Origin: Patescibacteria group bacterium
Lineage (GTDB): Bacteria > Patescibacteriota > Minisyncoccia > Phycocordibacterales > UBA918
Reading direction: 5' to 3'
NCBI GenBank assembly: GCA_038065355.1
Contig: JBBTRC010000005.1
Location: 30,530-94,529 of the forward strand
DNA length: 64,000 nt
Position 1 is the stretch's first letter; every line of letters starts with the position of its first letter. This document shows, one piece after another, positions 8,967-20,100 of the stretch. Both the position numbers and the translations under genes were made by a program. The notes below the pieces were generated by a model. That model searched no databases. It was not told the DNA's origin and saw nothing but the letters and a program-made list of their open reading frames with translations.

Positions 8967-10190
8967 CTATTCATACCGAATCGCGTCCAGCGGATTGAGA
9001 GATCCGGCACGGCGAGCTGGGAAAATGCCGGTGAGGTAGCCAACGGCGGCGGAGAAAAGTGCGATAAAAAGAAGAAAATCAAGCGGGAACGAAAACAGTG
9101 CCACCGCTTGACCGCCAAATTGACTGGCCAAGACGTTAAGAAAAAGGTTCACCGTCACCCCTAAGGTGACGCCGAGCACAATGCCGCTTAGCCCGCCAAG
9201 AAAACCAACAACGATCGACTCGGAAACGAACAAATTTTTTACATCGTTCGGTGACGCGCCGATGGTGCGCATGATGCCGATTTCTTTGGTACGTTCGAGC
9301 AGTGTCACCGTCATGGTGTTAAACATGCCAATCGCGGACACAACGAGCGCAATGCCACCAAACGTGGCGAGTACCACTTGTATTCCTTGAAAAATCTTGG
9401 AGGCCTGTTCGACGGTCTTTGACAACGCGGTAACGCGGTACCCCTTCTCAATCAGCCAATCTTCAACTGTTGCTAAATTTTCATTCGAATCAACGCGCAC
9501 TTGGATGCGCTCAAATTCTTCTATACCGACGTAATTGCGAAGTTCTGGTAGCATCATCATCACATTGAGTACACCTTCTTCTTTAGTAATGCCGCGTACG
9601 GTGTATTCTTTGTCGATCACAATTTCGTTCACAGCGTCGGTCCCGTCATCGGCCGGCACAAGGAGTCGAAACGACACTTTTTGTCCAATGAACGCATCCA
9701 TTTCTTCGTCAGTAATTCCGAACAATTTTAAAATTGCTGGAGACAGCATAACTGAATTCACATCCCCCGCGTCAGCGTCGGTGAACACCTCTCCGGCGAT
9801 AGCAGTCACGCCGGCGTAGCGAAGATACGGCGGTTCGACTCCCTGCACAAAGACGTTTCCAGTGAGACCCTTGTAGGTGACAAGCGCAGGAAAGCGCGCC
9901 AAGGGTGCCGCATCGAGTACCGCTTCGTTGTTTTCAAATTCGGTAATGGTTTCTGGAGTAAGTCGCAGACCTTGCGCGCCGGTTGAGGAAACGCCGAGTG
10001 AAAGCAGAGTCTCTCCAAAGACAATCTGCTCAAGAATAATTTTTTGCAGGCCGAACCCGAGCCCCACCAAGACAACGACCGCACCGGTGCCGACACCCAT
10101 ACCCAAAATCGTCAACCACGTACGCATCGGGTTGGTTTTGAACATACGCGTCGAAAGCTGTGCCAAGTCTTGCACTCTCACACCAACCAT
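8967..10190 (-). CDS. MacB/FtsX-family ABC transporter permease
   Basis: RTWLTILGMGVG N-terminal TM; MacB-like extracellular domain; GMFNTM..LLERTKEIGIMRTIGA; PARRAGSLNPLDAIRYE. Confidence 0.93.
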   Translation of the reverse strand: MVGVRVQDLAQLSTRMFKTNPMRTWLTILGMGVGTGAVVVLVGLGFGLQKIILEQIVFGETLLSLGVSSTGAQGLRLTPETITEFENNEAVLDAAPLARFPALVTYKGLTGNVFVQGVEPPYLRYAGVTAIAGEVFTDADAGDVNSVMLSPAILKLFGITDEEMDAFIGQKVSFRLLVPADDGTDAVNEIVIDKEYTVRGITKEEGVLNVMMMLPELRNYVGIEEFERIQVRVDSNENLATVEDWLIEKGYRVTALSKTVEQASKIFQGIQVVLATFGGIALVVSAIGMFNTMTVTLLERTKEIGIMRTIGASPNDVKNLFVSESIVVGFLGGLSGIVLGVTLGVTVNLFLNVLASQFGGQAVALFSFPLDFLLFIALFSAAVGYLTGIFPARRAGSLNPLDAIRYE

Positions 10191-10210
10191 TATGGCACAT
10201 GCACGATACC

Positions 10211-11533
10211 TTAACTCTTGTAACTCACATCAACTCCCTGTGCGATTACTTTCTCGAAGTAGCGCGTGATATCGTCTGCCTCTTTCTCATCGAGGCCAAG
10301 ACCGCCCGCCCGTACCCCCTTCATCAATCGTTCATTAAATTCTTCATCCTCAATCACACCGGTCACCCGATCAGCAATCAGCTCGGTAAGATTTTCATCC
10401 TGCTCTTTGTTGAGCTTTACTCGGTGTTGTTGGATCAAGTGTTCGCGTAGTCGTTCTGACAATTTGTGCTGACTAAAAAAGATACCGTCGTTGTCTTTGC
10501 GCGCTCTGAATCGCTTGATATCAAGTGCATTCTCCATCATACGACCGGCGATGGTAGCCATTTTGCGCGCTTCTGCCTCCGGCACCTCGACGCCGCCTTT
10601 TTCTAAAGGCAAGACGAGACTTTTTATGTAAGCGTCGCGGTCGATTTTTCCTTTGATAAACATACCCGAAGCGCGCTCCAGCCGGATCAGCTGGTCGAAA
10701 GTGTAGTCTTGCGTCAAATAGTTGACTAAGCTCTTCACTCGGAGCGTGTCCACTGAGTCGTAGGGGTACAGTCGAGCCAGTTGTTCGAGCTCGGTGACGA
10801 TCGTCTCACCTTCCTGCACTGGCTTGATTTGCTTGCGCTGTGGGTTGACGACTTCACGAACGATGAGGCCGTCCTTGAGGTAGTAGACTCGGTGCGCATA
10901 GCTCAAGTGAGCGGCGTTGTGTGACACCATAATGATAGTACGGCGATCGAAGGTGTTGATTTCATCAATTTTATCCATCACTTGCTGTGTCGAAACAGAG
11001 TCAAGGTTGCCAGTTGGTTCGTCTGCGAGAAGAATCTTGGGGTCGTTTACCATCGAACGCGCCACCGACACGCGTTGTTGTTGACCGCCGGAGAGCATAG
11101 CGGGGATTTTATGCGAAACATGCCCCACGCCAAAACGATCGAGAAGCATCTGGGCGCGACGTTCTCTGGTAGTTTTGTCTACGTCGCAAAAAATCATCGG
11201 TAGCGCTACGTTGTCGAGCACCGAGAGCGATTGAATCAGGTTGAATGACTGAAAAATAATTCCCATCACGAAGCGCTGGAAATACACACGCTCGGCCGGC
11301 GGGTACGAATAGATATCGTCACCACGAATGAGGAGCGTGCCCTCGCCAGGCGGAAGTGAGCCTTGAATGGAATACATGAGGGTCGACTTGCCCGAGCCTG
11401 ATGCGCCGAAAAGAATGATGTACTCACCCTCAAAAATATCAGTGTTCACGCCCGTGAGCGCTTTAAATTCGTTCGACTTCCCCTTATTGTAGATAATCGA
11501 AAGATCCCGACAGACGATAAGCGGCTTGGCCAT
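10211..11533 (-). CDS. MacB/LolD-type ABC ATPase with a ~200-aa C-terminal extension
   Basis: Walker A GASGSGKST, signature LSGGQQQR, Walker B ILLADEPTGNLD, H-loop VSHN. Confidence 0.93.
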   Translation of the reverse strand: MAKPLIVCRDLSIIYNKGKSNEFKALTGVNTDIFEGEYIILFGASGSGKSTLMYSIQGSLPPGEGTLLIRGDDIYSYPPAERVYFQRFVMGIIFQSFNLIQSLSVLDNVALPMIFCDVDKTTRERRAQMLLDRFGVGHVSHKIPAMLSGGQQQRVSVARSMVNDPKILLADEPTGNLDSVSTQQVMDKIDEINTFDRRTIIMVSHNAAHLSYAHRVYYLKDGLIVREVVNPQRKQIKPVQEGETIVTELEQLARLYPYDSVDTLRVKSLVNYLTQDYTFDQLIRLERASGMFIKGKIDRDAYIKSLVLPLEKGGVEVPEAEARKMATIAGRMMENALDIKRFRARKDNDGIFFSQHKLSERLREHLIQQHRVKLNKEQDENLTELIADRVTGVIEDEEFNERLMKGVRAGGLGLDEKEADDITRYFEKVIAQGVDVSYKS

Positions 11534-11609
11534 TAAATGATGAAATGAGTGTAACGATTATTCAGAATTTACTTCCCAATTCGCCGCCCCTAGGGCGAAT
11601 TGCTGGAGG
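11534..11609 (-). repeat. Structured leader element, copy A (directly upstream of the ABC ATPase ATG)
   Basis: Homologous to 12496..12573; stem CTTCC-CAAT-TCGCC / GGCGA-ATTG-CT-GGAGG. Confidence 0.8.
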
Positions 11610-11706
11610 CACTGCCACCGGGTCAATACTTCGTTACTTATAAGTACCCCGTGGTATTTATATTATGGCATCAATTGTTGCAAATTGATCGACACCTCAT
11701 CCACAG

Positions 11707-11743
11707 AAAAGGCCGCCGCACGACATACGTCGAGGCGGCGGCC
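11707..11743 (-). terminator. Terminator of the orphan lipoprotein gene
   Basis: AAAAGGCCGCCGC...GCGGCGGCC GC-rich stem with a T tract on the minus strand. Confidence 0.7.
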
Positions 11744-11792
11744 AAAATTCAAAAGCAATAAAGATCAGTTTCAGTTCAACTCCTCGCAAGCT

Positions 11793-12323
11793 CTAAGGAC
11801 GAACGGCGAGAAGACGTTCGTTGGGCCCCCAGCCAAGCTCCCACCGGCCGAGGTGGAGCCCCCAGACGCCGTTCCAGCCACCTAATACAAGCACGTGACG
11901 CTCACCGTTGAAAGTAGCGATACTGCCGAAACAAGCCAGCCAGTACGGTGGGGGACCGAGATCAAACTGGTAACGTGCTTTGGCAATAGTCGCGCCGTAG
12001 GCGATGCATTCGGACGTGTTGGCGGGGCGCAGTCCGTAAGCTTTGATTTCCGCGACCGCATTCTCCGAAGAAATACCGCGGTTGAAGGCGACCGTTACCA
12101 GCTGGGCTTCGTAATCGGCCGTAACGGACTCGACTTTGAAGTTGGACTGGATGTCGGAATCGACAAAATCGTAGTGCCCCGCGTCAATGCGAGCCGCAAG
12201 CGATTGGTTTGCTTCGACGACAACTGGTCGGTCGGAACTGATTGTGGTCGGCTTATCCGCCGAATCACAACCCGTGAGCGACAACGCGAACATGGCGAAA
12301 GCCACCAGAAAACGACTTTTCAT
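11793..12323 (-). CDS. Orphan putative lipoprotein
   Basis: Start moved to ATG 12323 (SD AAGGAGG); lipobox LTGC; own TTGACT-16-TATAAT promoter at 12383-12410. Confidence 0.75.
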   Translation of the reverse strand: MKSRFLVAFAMFALSLTGCDSADKPTTISSDRPVVVEANQSLAARIDAGHYDFVDSDIQSNFKVESVTADYEAQLVTVAFNRGISSENAVAEIKAYGLRPANTSECIAYGATIAKARYQFDLGPPPYWLACFGSIATFNGERHVLVLGGWNGVWGLHLGRWELGWGPNERLLAVRP

Positions 12324-12462
12324 GTGAATGGCCCTCCTTAGGCCGTACAATTCTTGGCAGGATTGCCCTACTTCTATCTTTCATTATACACAATCTGTAT
12401 AAAAAGTCAAGGTTTCGTGCCAGCCCTCTTTCTTCTTGTATTACCGTTGTACTACGAGCGAC

Positions 12463-12495
12463 TTACCCAGCGATGTTTTTTACCCAGCCGAAGGT
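12463..12495 (-). pseudogene. Duplicated 3' end (TFGWVKNIAG*) of the FN3 gene
   Basis: Same 10 aa plus stop as 12594..12626, with 5 differences, all at synonymous third positions. Confidence 0.9.
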
Positions 12496-12573
12496 TAAAT
12501 GAAGAAAGGAGCGGCAGCGATTATTCTGAATTTACGTCCCAATCTGCTTTTTCCTAAAGCAGATTGCTGGACG
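12496..12573 (-). repeat. Structured leader element, copy B (orphaned)
   Basis: TAAATGA..CGATTATTCnGAATTTACnTCCCAAT-stem-ATTGCTGGA shared with 11534..11609, with compensatory changes. Confidence 0.8.
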
Positions 12574-12593
12574 AGAAAGCTCCGAGAGCAGAC

Positions 12594-14099
12594 TTATCCG
12601 GCAATGTTCTTAACCCAGCCGAAGGTACTCTCAAAGTTCTCGATAATGAGGTCGATGATGTTTTTTTCTTGAATCGGCGTGAAGAGTACGAAGTTTTCCG
12701 ATTGGACGTCGTTACCGGCTTCGTCGGTACAGGTGAGGTAGAACTGATAGACCGTCGCCGGTGCAAAATCTACCACCACCTCGACGTGCCGCGTGTTGTA
12801 CTCTAATTGCTCTTTCTCAATGGTAAACGGTTCGGTACCGCCGGCGACACCTTCTTGGTAGGTCATGAGACAGTTGGCTGCTTCGTCAGTGTCCCACTCA
12901 ACAATCGTTTGTATGCGCGACTCTCCGCCTGGAAAAAGAGTTGATTCGTTGGTGACGTTGGTGATGATAGGCGCGGCAATGTCGCGAACGGTAATAAATT
13001 GTATCGGTTGGCTACGGATACGGTCGCCGCTTGAATTTTCGGCCGTCACAAAGGCAACGTAGCGGGTGCCGAGCGTAAGATCAGCGAGGCGCATCTGATG
13101 CGTGGTGGCGAGCGTCGGACGTCCGACCGAGCTTTCAGCGCCGGTCGTTTGGTCTTGGTACTCAACGAGCGCCTTCGCCGGCACGGTGGTGTCCCAGGCA
13201 AGCGTGGCGGCGTTTTCTTCTACCTTTACCACTCGCAGGTTGCGGATTTCCGGAGCCGATGCTTTGGTTTTAAATGTGTAGTTGCGGCTCTCGCCGGTAA
13301 TGCCAAAACCGTCGGTCGATTTTACCTTGAAGCTATATTCGGTGAACGCATCGAGTCCGATCAGTTGTATTTCATGATCGGTAGTATCGGCACCAGTTGA
13401 GACTTGTGAAAACGCGTAGCTTGAACCGTCAAAGCCGTTGGTTGGTGAAAAAACTACTTCAGAACTGGCTTCACGGTCGGTTGTCCATTTGATGGTGGCG
13501 GTGGTAGTCTCCGGTAGCACCGTCGGCGGACCAACAATGGTCAAATCCTCAGTAATACCTTGCACAGCTTTGATGGTTTCGTTAATAATTTCCTGCAACT
13601 TTTGAGGGTCGGTAATTTCTTTTATTTGTTCGACGATCTCCTCGGTTTTAATTTCTTCCGTGGTGGCTGTTTGACTGCTCTGTCCTTGTCCTTCCGCTTG
13701 GCCGCTTCCCTCACCTTCTCCGGTTTGCGGGGTGCCTGATGTCTGCACTTTGTAGTCGGCCGAAATGCCTTGATTCCCTTCTTCGTCGGCCGACACGACA
13801 CGGAAGTAGTAGACGCGACCGGGCTCCAAAGCACCGAGCGTAATCGAGTGTGAGGTGCGTTCTGCGACCGGTATGCGCACGATGCCGTAGTCTGGTTGCA
13901 AGCCGTAGTTCACTGATGAGTCGGCATCTTCGTCGGTGTCCCAGGTAATCGTCACGCTGGTTTCGCTGACTTCTTTCACTTCCACGTTGGAAATTTCCGG
14001 AGCTTCTTGATCGCTCGACTGCGCCAAGGTCAAAAGCGGCAACAAAAATAAGAGCGTAACGAGGCGGACTGTGATTGATAAGGACATTTTTTTAATCAT
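12594..14099 (-). CDS. Secreted protein with four fibronectin type III / PAP-N-like domains
   Basis: Repeated ITWDTDE..S.V.YG..H...L..L.PG..YYF.V.S.D..GN motif; amphipathic C-terminal helix. Confidence 0.85.
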   Translation of the reverse strand: MIKKMSLSITVRLVTLLFLLPLLTLAQSSDQEAPEISNVEVKEVSETSVTITWDTDEDADSSVNYGLQPDYGIVRIPVAERTSHSITLGALEPGRVYYFRVVSADEEGNQGISADYKVQTSGTPQTGEGEGSGQAEGQGQSSQTATTEEIKTEEIVEQIKEITDPQKLQEIINETIKAVQGITEDLTIVGPPTVLPETTTATIKWTTDREASSEVVFSPTNGFDGSSYAFSQVSTGADTTDHEIQLIGLDAFTEYSFKVKSTDGFGITGESRNYTFKTKASAPEIRNLRVVKVEENAATLAWDTTVPAKALVEYQDQTTGAESSVGRPTLATTHQMRLADLTLGTRYVAFVTAENSSGDRIRSQPIQFITVRDIAAPIITNVTNESTLFPGGESRIQTIVEWDTDEAANCLMTYQEGVAGGTEPFTIEKEQLEYNTRHVEVVVDFAPATVYQFYLTCTDEAGNDVQSENFVLFTPIQEKNIIDLIIENFESTFGWVKNIAG

Positions 14100-14108
14100 A
14101 CCATTGGC

Positions 14109-17100
14109 TTATGGGCCAACCGGCGTAAAGACGTTCTGACCTTGGTGCGGAGCGCTGTTGACGCCAAATGGAACAGCAATGCCCCAGTACACGGTGTCTG
14201 CAACCGGCGGCGTCGTGGTTGTTGGCTTAGACAGATCGACGTTGAGAACTACCGGGGTGGTACTAGAGAGCAAGTTACAGCTGGCACCACAGCCGGAATA
14301 CGTGAAGGTTGAAGTGGCAAACTTCTGCTTTGTCGACGGGATGGTGGAGCTGTAGCCGTCGGTCATGTCGGTACCTTCAACTTCGATATTTATTTCAACG
14401 TTACCTTGGTTTTCAATCGAGGTGGTGGCATTCACCGAGCCGGTGTCTTCCGTTACGGCGACCGAGCCGTAATCTATCGCGCCGTCAATATCAATCGCGC
14501 GCAGTGTATTGAGTTCTTGTCCAATGGATGTTCCAAAATCATAACCACCGCCGGTGTCTTCCACCTCAAGGAACGCAAACCACTCCTCGCCGTCGTAGGC
14601 ACTGCCAGTATCGGTTGGGTCGGCGTGGAAGTAAATATCAGCTTGGCAAGACACGGTGCAACTGTCGCCGGCGCAATCGGTAAATGTACAAGCCGAGCCA
14701 CCGACGCTGTAACAGTTGTTGTTATCGACAGCACAGCTTGCCCCTCCTACGACGCCGCCGCGGTAGAACGTACCGGTAGCGTGAGAGAGGTCAGTGTAGC
14801 CGTTGAGATCCGTTACGGTACCGGTCGCTACGACCGCTGTGGTGGTGCCAGGAAGCAAAGAGATCGCCTCGCCGTTGTTGAGAGTAATGCTGTCAACTAT
14901 CGGGTCAAAGCGAAGGGACATTTTTGCTACTTGCAAGTATGTATCATAGAACGTACCGTTGTCAGTGACGCGGAAACAGAGATTTTCATCAATCACATTG
15001 GATGTTGGCGTGATGACATATTCGAGTTCGGTGTATTCATTTTGGTCAACATCAATGGCACTCGTGGTATTGGAAGGATCTTCGCGCACCTCGCCGGCAG
15101 TGAAGGCGCCTTCGGCATTGACGAGAAGATCGGCAACGCTTGCGCTGTCTGTCACATTATTGGAAGTCTGCATACAGACAGCCGAAGTACCACAGCTGGC
15201 TTGTGGTGGCACCGGAGCGTAGTCTGCTTCATCGACGGCTTCGCAACTCGGCGCGGTATCCTGGGACGCAAATTCAAGCCGAAATTCTTGACCGCCAATT
15301 GCCAGTCCGCTGTTTTCAACGACTACACGTAGGCGCGCCGTGTCGGTCACACTGAAGGTCGCGGCGGTGTTTTGTGCTGCGGCGAAGGATGCTCCTCCAT
15401 CAGCCTGTTCGGCTCCAAAGAGTATGGTTGGTTCGGTCGCGAGGGTCGGTCGTGAGCTAAAGCTGTCAAAGCCTCCTTGATTAAACCAGTAAGTGAAACC
15501 GATACCGCCCGACGTGTACGAGCTGTCAGTCGCCGAGGTGGTCGCGACAAGTGAATGAGAAGCGTCGTAGAGTGATAGGAAGAGTGTATCGTCGGTACCC
15601 CAATCGAGTTCAAACTCATACCAACCGGTAGTGAAAGATACATCGGCGGTCGCGAGTGTGGCGCCAGATGATTCATTTTCAGTTACATCTTCCACGACTG
15701 CGATATGGTCAGTGCCAGGCAACTCAACACAGACCGCGTAGTTGTCGTTTGGCACGTTGGTACCTTGAACGGCAAATTTTGTACATGTCTCGTCGGAAGT
15801 GCCAGCCGTGTCGACGTACTGCCAAAAGCGAATTGTTTCTCCCTGACTGACGGTTTGACCAAATCTGTAAATACCGCCGAGATTCGCTCGACCAGTGGTG
15901 TTGCCGCTGTTGTCGAGACCATAGGTGCCGTCGTAGGCAAACGAGGTGCCTGTGTTGAAAAGACTTGTCTGTCCGCTGTATTCCGAAATATCATCATCTT
16001 CAAAGTCGTCGGCCGCTATAAACACGTCGGTGCTTGAACTGGTAGTGGTAGCGGTTGGGTTGTTGTAATACATGTAGACAGTTGCGGTTTCCTCGGCCGG
16101 TAGTGTCGCAACTTGTACCCACACTTCAGCGATCGTGCTCGCGGTCGTGGAGCCGATCCAGAACGGAAGAGTGGTAGTACCGCTCTCATCGGTAAAGCGA
16201 AGATCGCCAAAATCAGCTTGCATGTCGGAGTCATATTCCACGTACAATTGCACTGCAGCGTTGGTGTAGTTCGTGGCATCAGCGTTTACGACTCGCACTT
16301 GTTTCCGTGCGTTCCAGGCCGCGTCATACCACTCGCTGTCAGGCACTCCCAGTCCGCCGTCGTCATTCCGCCAACGGTAGCCTGTCTGCTGGGTGAGGAG
16401 ACAAGCACTGTCGCTCCAGCGCACCGACCCGCAGTCATCAACTCCGTCGACATCAAAGGCTTCACCGTCGAGGTTACCGGTATGGCTGACAAACGTCCAG
16501 GCGTTGCTGGTTGAACCAGTCATAGTGATGTTCGCTCCACTAATAGCAGTGGTGGTGGCGAAGCGGTTGCCGGTGTGGACCATCGACGCGTTGGCGTTTA
16601 GTGTCGTTGAGGAAAGCGTGAGCAAGGTGCCGCCGTCTACCGCGAGTTCAAAATCTCCGTATGAAAGAGAAGTAATGGCTGGAGTGCCGGATAGTGAAAG
16701 TCCGTTGGCACCAAGATTTCGAAAGATATAACGCTGTGCATTCAGCGTACCACCCGCCACATTGACACTGTAAGTACCACTGCCTTGATTGGTGATGGTG
16801 GTTTCATTTCCACTCTCGCCAACAACTGCCAACGAACCGCTCAAAAGTGTAGTTGTAGCATTCGCTTCGTGTTGCACTGTGACCACTCGCTCGCTACCAA
16901 GAAGACTCACACCATCGAAGTCGGTGGCATAGCTCCAATATTCAGAAGTGGTACCGATAGTGAAGTCGCCATAAATATTCAACGCTCCGTCGACCGCATT
17001 GTGATCTTGAGAGTAGAGCGAGGCGTTCGCCGCGACGGTTGAAGTCGCTCTCGAGTTCCACATGCGAATGTCACTGGCGGCACCGATAGTGAGGCCGTCG

Positions 17101-20100
17101 TACACGTCGCCGCCCGTAGTTTTGGTGTTGAGCGAATAGGCGTTCGCACCATCAAGGGCTAGAGCACTGCCAGTCCAAGTCGTCGCGGCTCCGCCGACAC
17201 TGTTTAAGAACACACCTTCCACTTTTAATGTAGCTCCAGACTGTAAAGTGAAGCTACTCGCGCTCGCCAACGTAAAGTTGTTGGTAGTCGTCGCGGAAGC
17301 CGCCAGCGTGTAGCCCCCGGTCGGTGCACCAATTTGCACGTTGTAGAACGAACTCACGCCTGGATCAATGAATTCCCCACTATCGGAAGAGTTGAACAAC
17401 ACAGTATTTGAAGCGTGAGAGAAGGTGCCGCCACTCGCATCAAAACTGCCGCCGACAGACAGTGTGCCTGATGCCAGCGTGACGTTTCCGTCGGTAATAA
17501 AGACGCTGTCGAGGAAGGTAATATCTTCATCAAGCATGGTGTAAGCGCCTCCGCCAGCGAAGTTGACCGCGTAGAGGTCGGAGCTCGATGCCAAGAGTGT
17601 GGCCGTGGTGGCGTTGATGAGTTTCAAGTCAGCGGTGTTGTGGATGATAGACCCACCAGTATTTGCGAAGTCACCGCCGACAGTGAGACGGCCAGACGGT
17701 AGAGTGATGGTACCGCTTTCGACGGTAAAGACACCGGTCGTGGTGGCGTTGGTGTCGCCCCAGGTGTAGGCGGCGCCGGAAAATGTGACGCCGGCTAGAT
17801 CAGATCCCCCTTCTGTCACAATGCCTGATCCGGTAAAGAGCGCGTGGCCACCATTGGCATCAAAGGTGCCTCCAGTCTGTACCAGCGATCCGGCAAAAGT
17901 AGATGTGCCGATCGGGAACGTGAGTGCACCCGCACTTTTACGCAGATTGCCATCTACGGTGAGCGTGTTGTCCGAAATAACCCAACTTCCCGAACCAGTA
18001 AAATCAAGATGGTGAAAAGAGTGTTCATTCACGTCGATAGTTCGAGCGGCGCCGGTTGTGGTAAACGTCGTCGTGCCATTGCTACTGACAAAATCGGCGT
18101 TGTTACCAAGAATCATACTGCCGCCGACACTGAGAGTTTCTGTACCTTGTCCAGTCCAGAGCGCATCAGCGTGAAGCTCAAGTGTTCCGTCATAGTCGGC
18201 TCCGGCGCCACCGCCAGCCACCGTTACGTTTCCACTCGGCGCAAATTCTTTGGCGTCCCACACAATGAGTTTTCGATTGGCCGGCAAGATGAGTGTGTCG
18301 GTACCGGCATTGACGGCGGTGAATGGAATATCTGCGTCGTCTCCAGAGTCCCATACCGCGAGATCGGCAATGGTAATAGGGTTCACGTTTTCATGGCGCA
18401 CAATCACTCGATTTTCGTAGATATCCAAATCGCCAATGTTTGAGATTGGTTCTTTGGTCACAGTGGCACCCTCTGACGAAGTGCCGCTTATGTACACGAC
18501 AAGTGAGTCGGTGGTACCGTACGAGACATTGGAAATACTGTACGCGCCGGTCGTTGCGTTGCAACTAGCGGTGTACGACGTGATACCGGCCACTGTAAGC
18601 ACGATCACGTTGCTACTGCCGTCGCACACATTTGAAACGGTCGTTCCTTCGTCGCTGTAGACTGCGCCCGCGACCGTGATGAGTGCGGCTGAGTCATCCC
18701 ACGCCACATAACCTGGGTCTCCGCCCGGATCAACGTCATTGGCTTCTCCGTCAATGTCACCGTAGTGATTGGCAAAGCGCCACGCACTGACCGTCGTGCC
18801 GGTGGCGGTGACATTGAATGCACTGCCGACGCCATCGAGTGCAAAGCGGTTTTGTGTGAAGTTCTTGGCTGGGTTATTGGTGATGACCGAGCCGCCGACC
18901 GTTATCGCCGAACCACCGGTTTGCGATACTCCGAAATCCCCGTTTGAAAGTGTAGTCACCTGTGGCAAACCAGTGAAGATGATTCCGTCACTGCCCGTAT
19001 CGCGCACTTCGTAATAGCGAAGCGACGTTGAGGCGGTGCCGCCGATGGTGAGGGCATACGTGCCAGCACCTTGATTTTGTAAGGTCGTTGATGCCGACGA
19101 AACTCCGTAGACTGCGAGCGCGCCGCCGGTGTAGAGCGCGCTAGCTCCAGGGGCAAAGTACACATCAGTTTGGCGCTCGCTACCACTAAGATTAGTACCG
19201 TCAAAATCAGTGCTGTAACTCCAATGATCGGTACCGGTTGATTTTCGGTAAGCTCCCCAAATGTACAGATCACCATTTTGCGCCCCGTGATCTTGCGAGT
19301 AAAGCGACGCAGTGCTTTCTACATCATACGTACCAGCACTCGAGTTCCACATGCGAATTTGTGTGGTGTCGCCAATCGACAAAGTGTCGTAGGAATCGGT
19401 GGTAGTCGCGGTGTTGATACTGTAGTTACCACCGCCATAGAGACGCAAGGTGGCGCCAGTCCAGGTAGTGGCGGCTCCTCCTTCATCATTTACAAAGGTG
19501 CCACCAACCGCCAACACTTGCCCACTACCGGCGGTGAAAGTGTTGGCATTTAGCAGTCTCCAGGCGACGGTCGCAGTGGCGTGCTCGGTTATGGTAATGT
19601 CACCAGTCGTGTTTATGACGACATTGCCAAAACTACTCGTACCGGCGGCAATTATTTGCGTACCCGCGCCGTCAAATGTGAGCGTGCCATTGTTGCTCGT
19701 GAACACACCGTTATTTTCGTAATTGCCAGCCACCGTGAAGCTTGCAGTATCGCTCGCGCCGAGAGTACCATTGCTTTCGATGAAAACATCTCCATTCACA
19801 TCAAGCGCCGGATCACTGGTCGAGAGGTTAAAAGTCGTAGCGGCCGCACCGCCGATAGAAAGGTCATTGTCGACGATGATGCCAAGACCAGTGGCGGTGT
19901 AGGTAGGTGAACCAACAGCAGCGTTTAGTTCTAAATTATAGTACCGAGTTGAAAGCACGTTAGCCCCAGCGCCACTGTAGCGAATAGTGCTGGTGTCTTC
20001 TAAGAGTGTGCCGTTCTCAATAAATACTGTGCCCGTACCGGCTAAATCCCAAGCAGTACCACCGGCGTCGAGGAAGTGAGCGGGAGCGATAGTAAGTCGC

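Noticed and set aside
4822-12392. Scattered DnaA-box-like 9-mers as oriC
   Set aside because: They are few, mismatched and dispersed, with no dnaA/dnaN or unwinding element nearby
8917-12573. Repeats considered as a CRISPR array or integron attC sites
   Set aside because: No constant-length repeat-spacer array, no cas or intI gene, and no RYYYAAC/GTTRRRY ends
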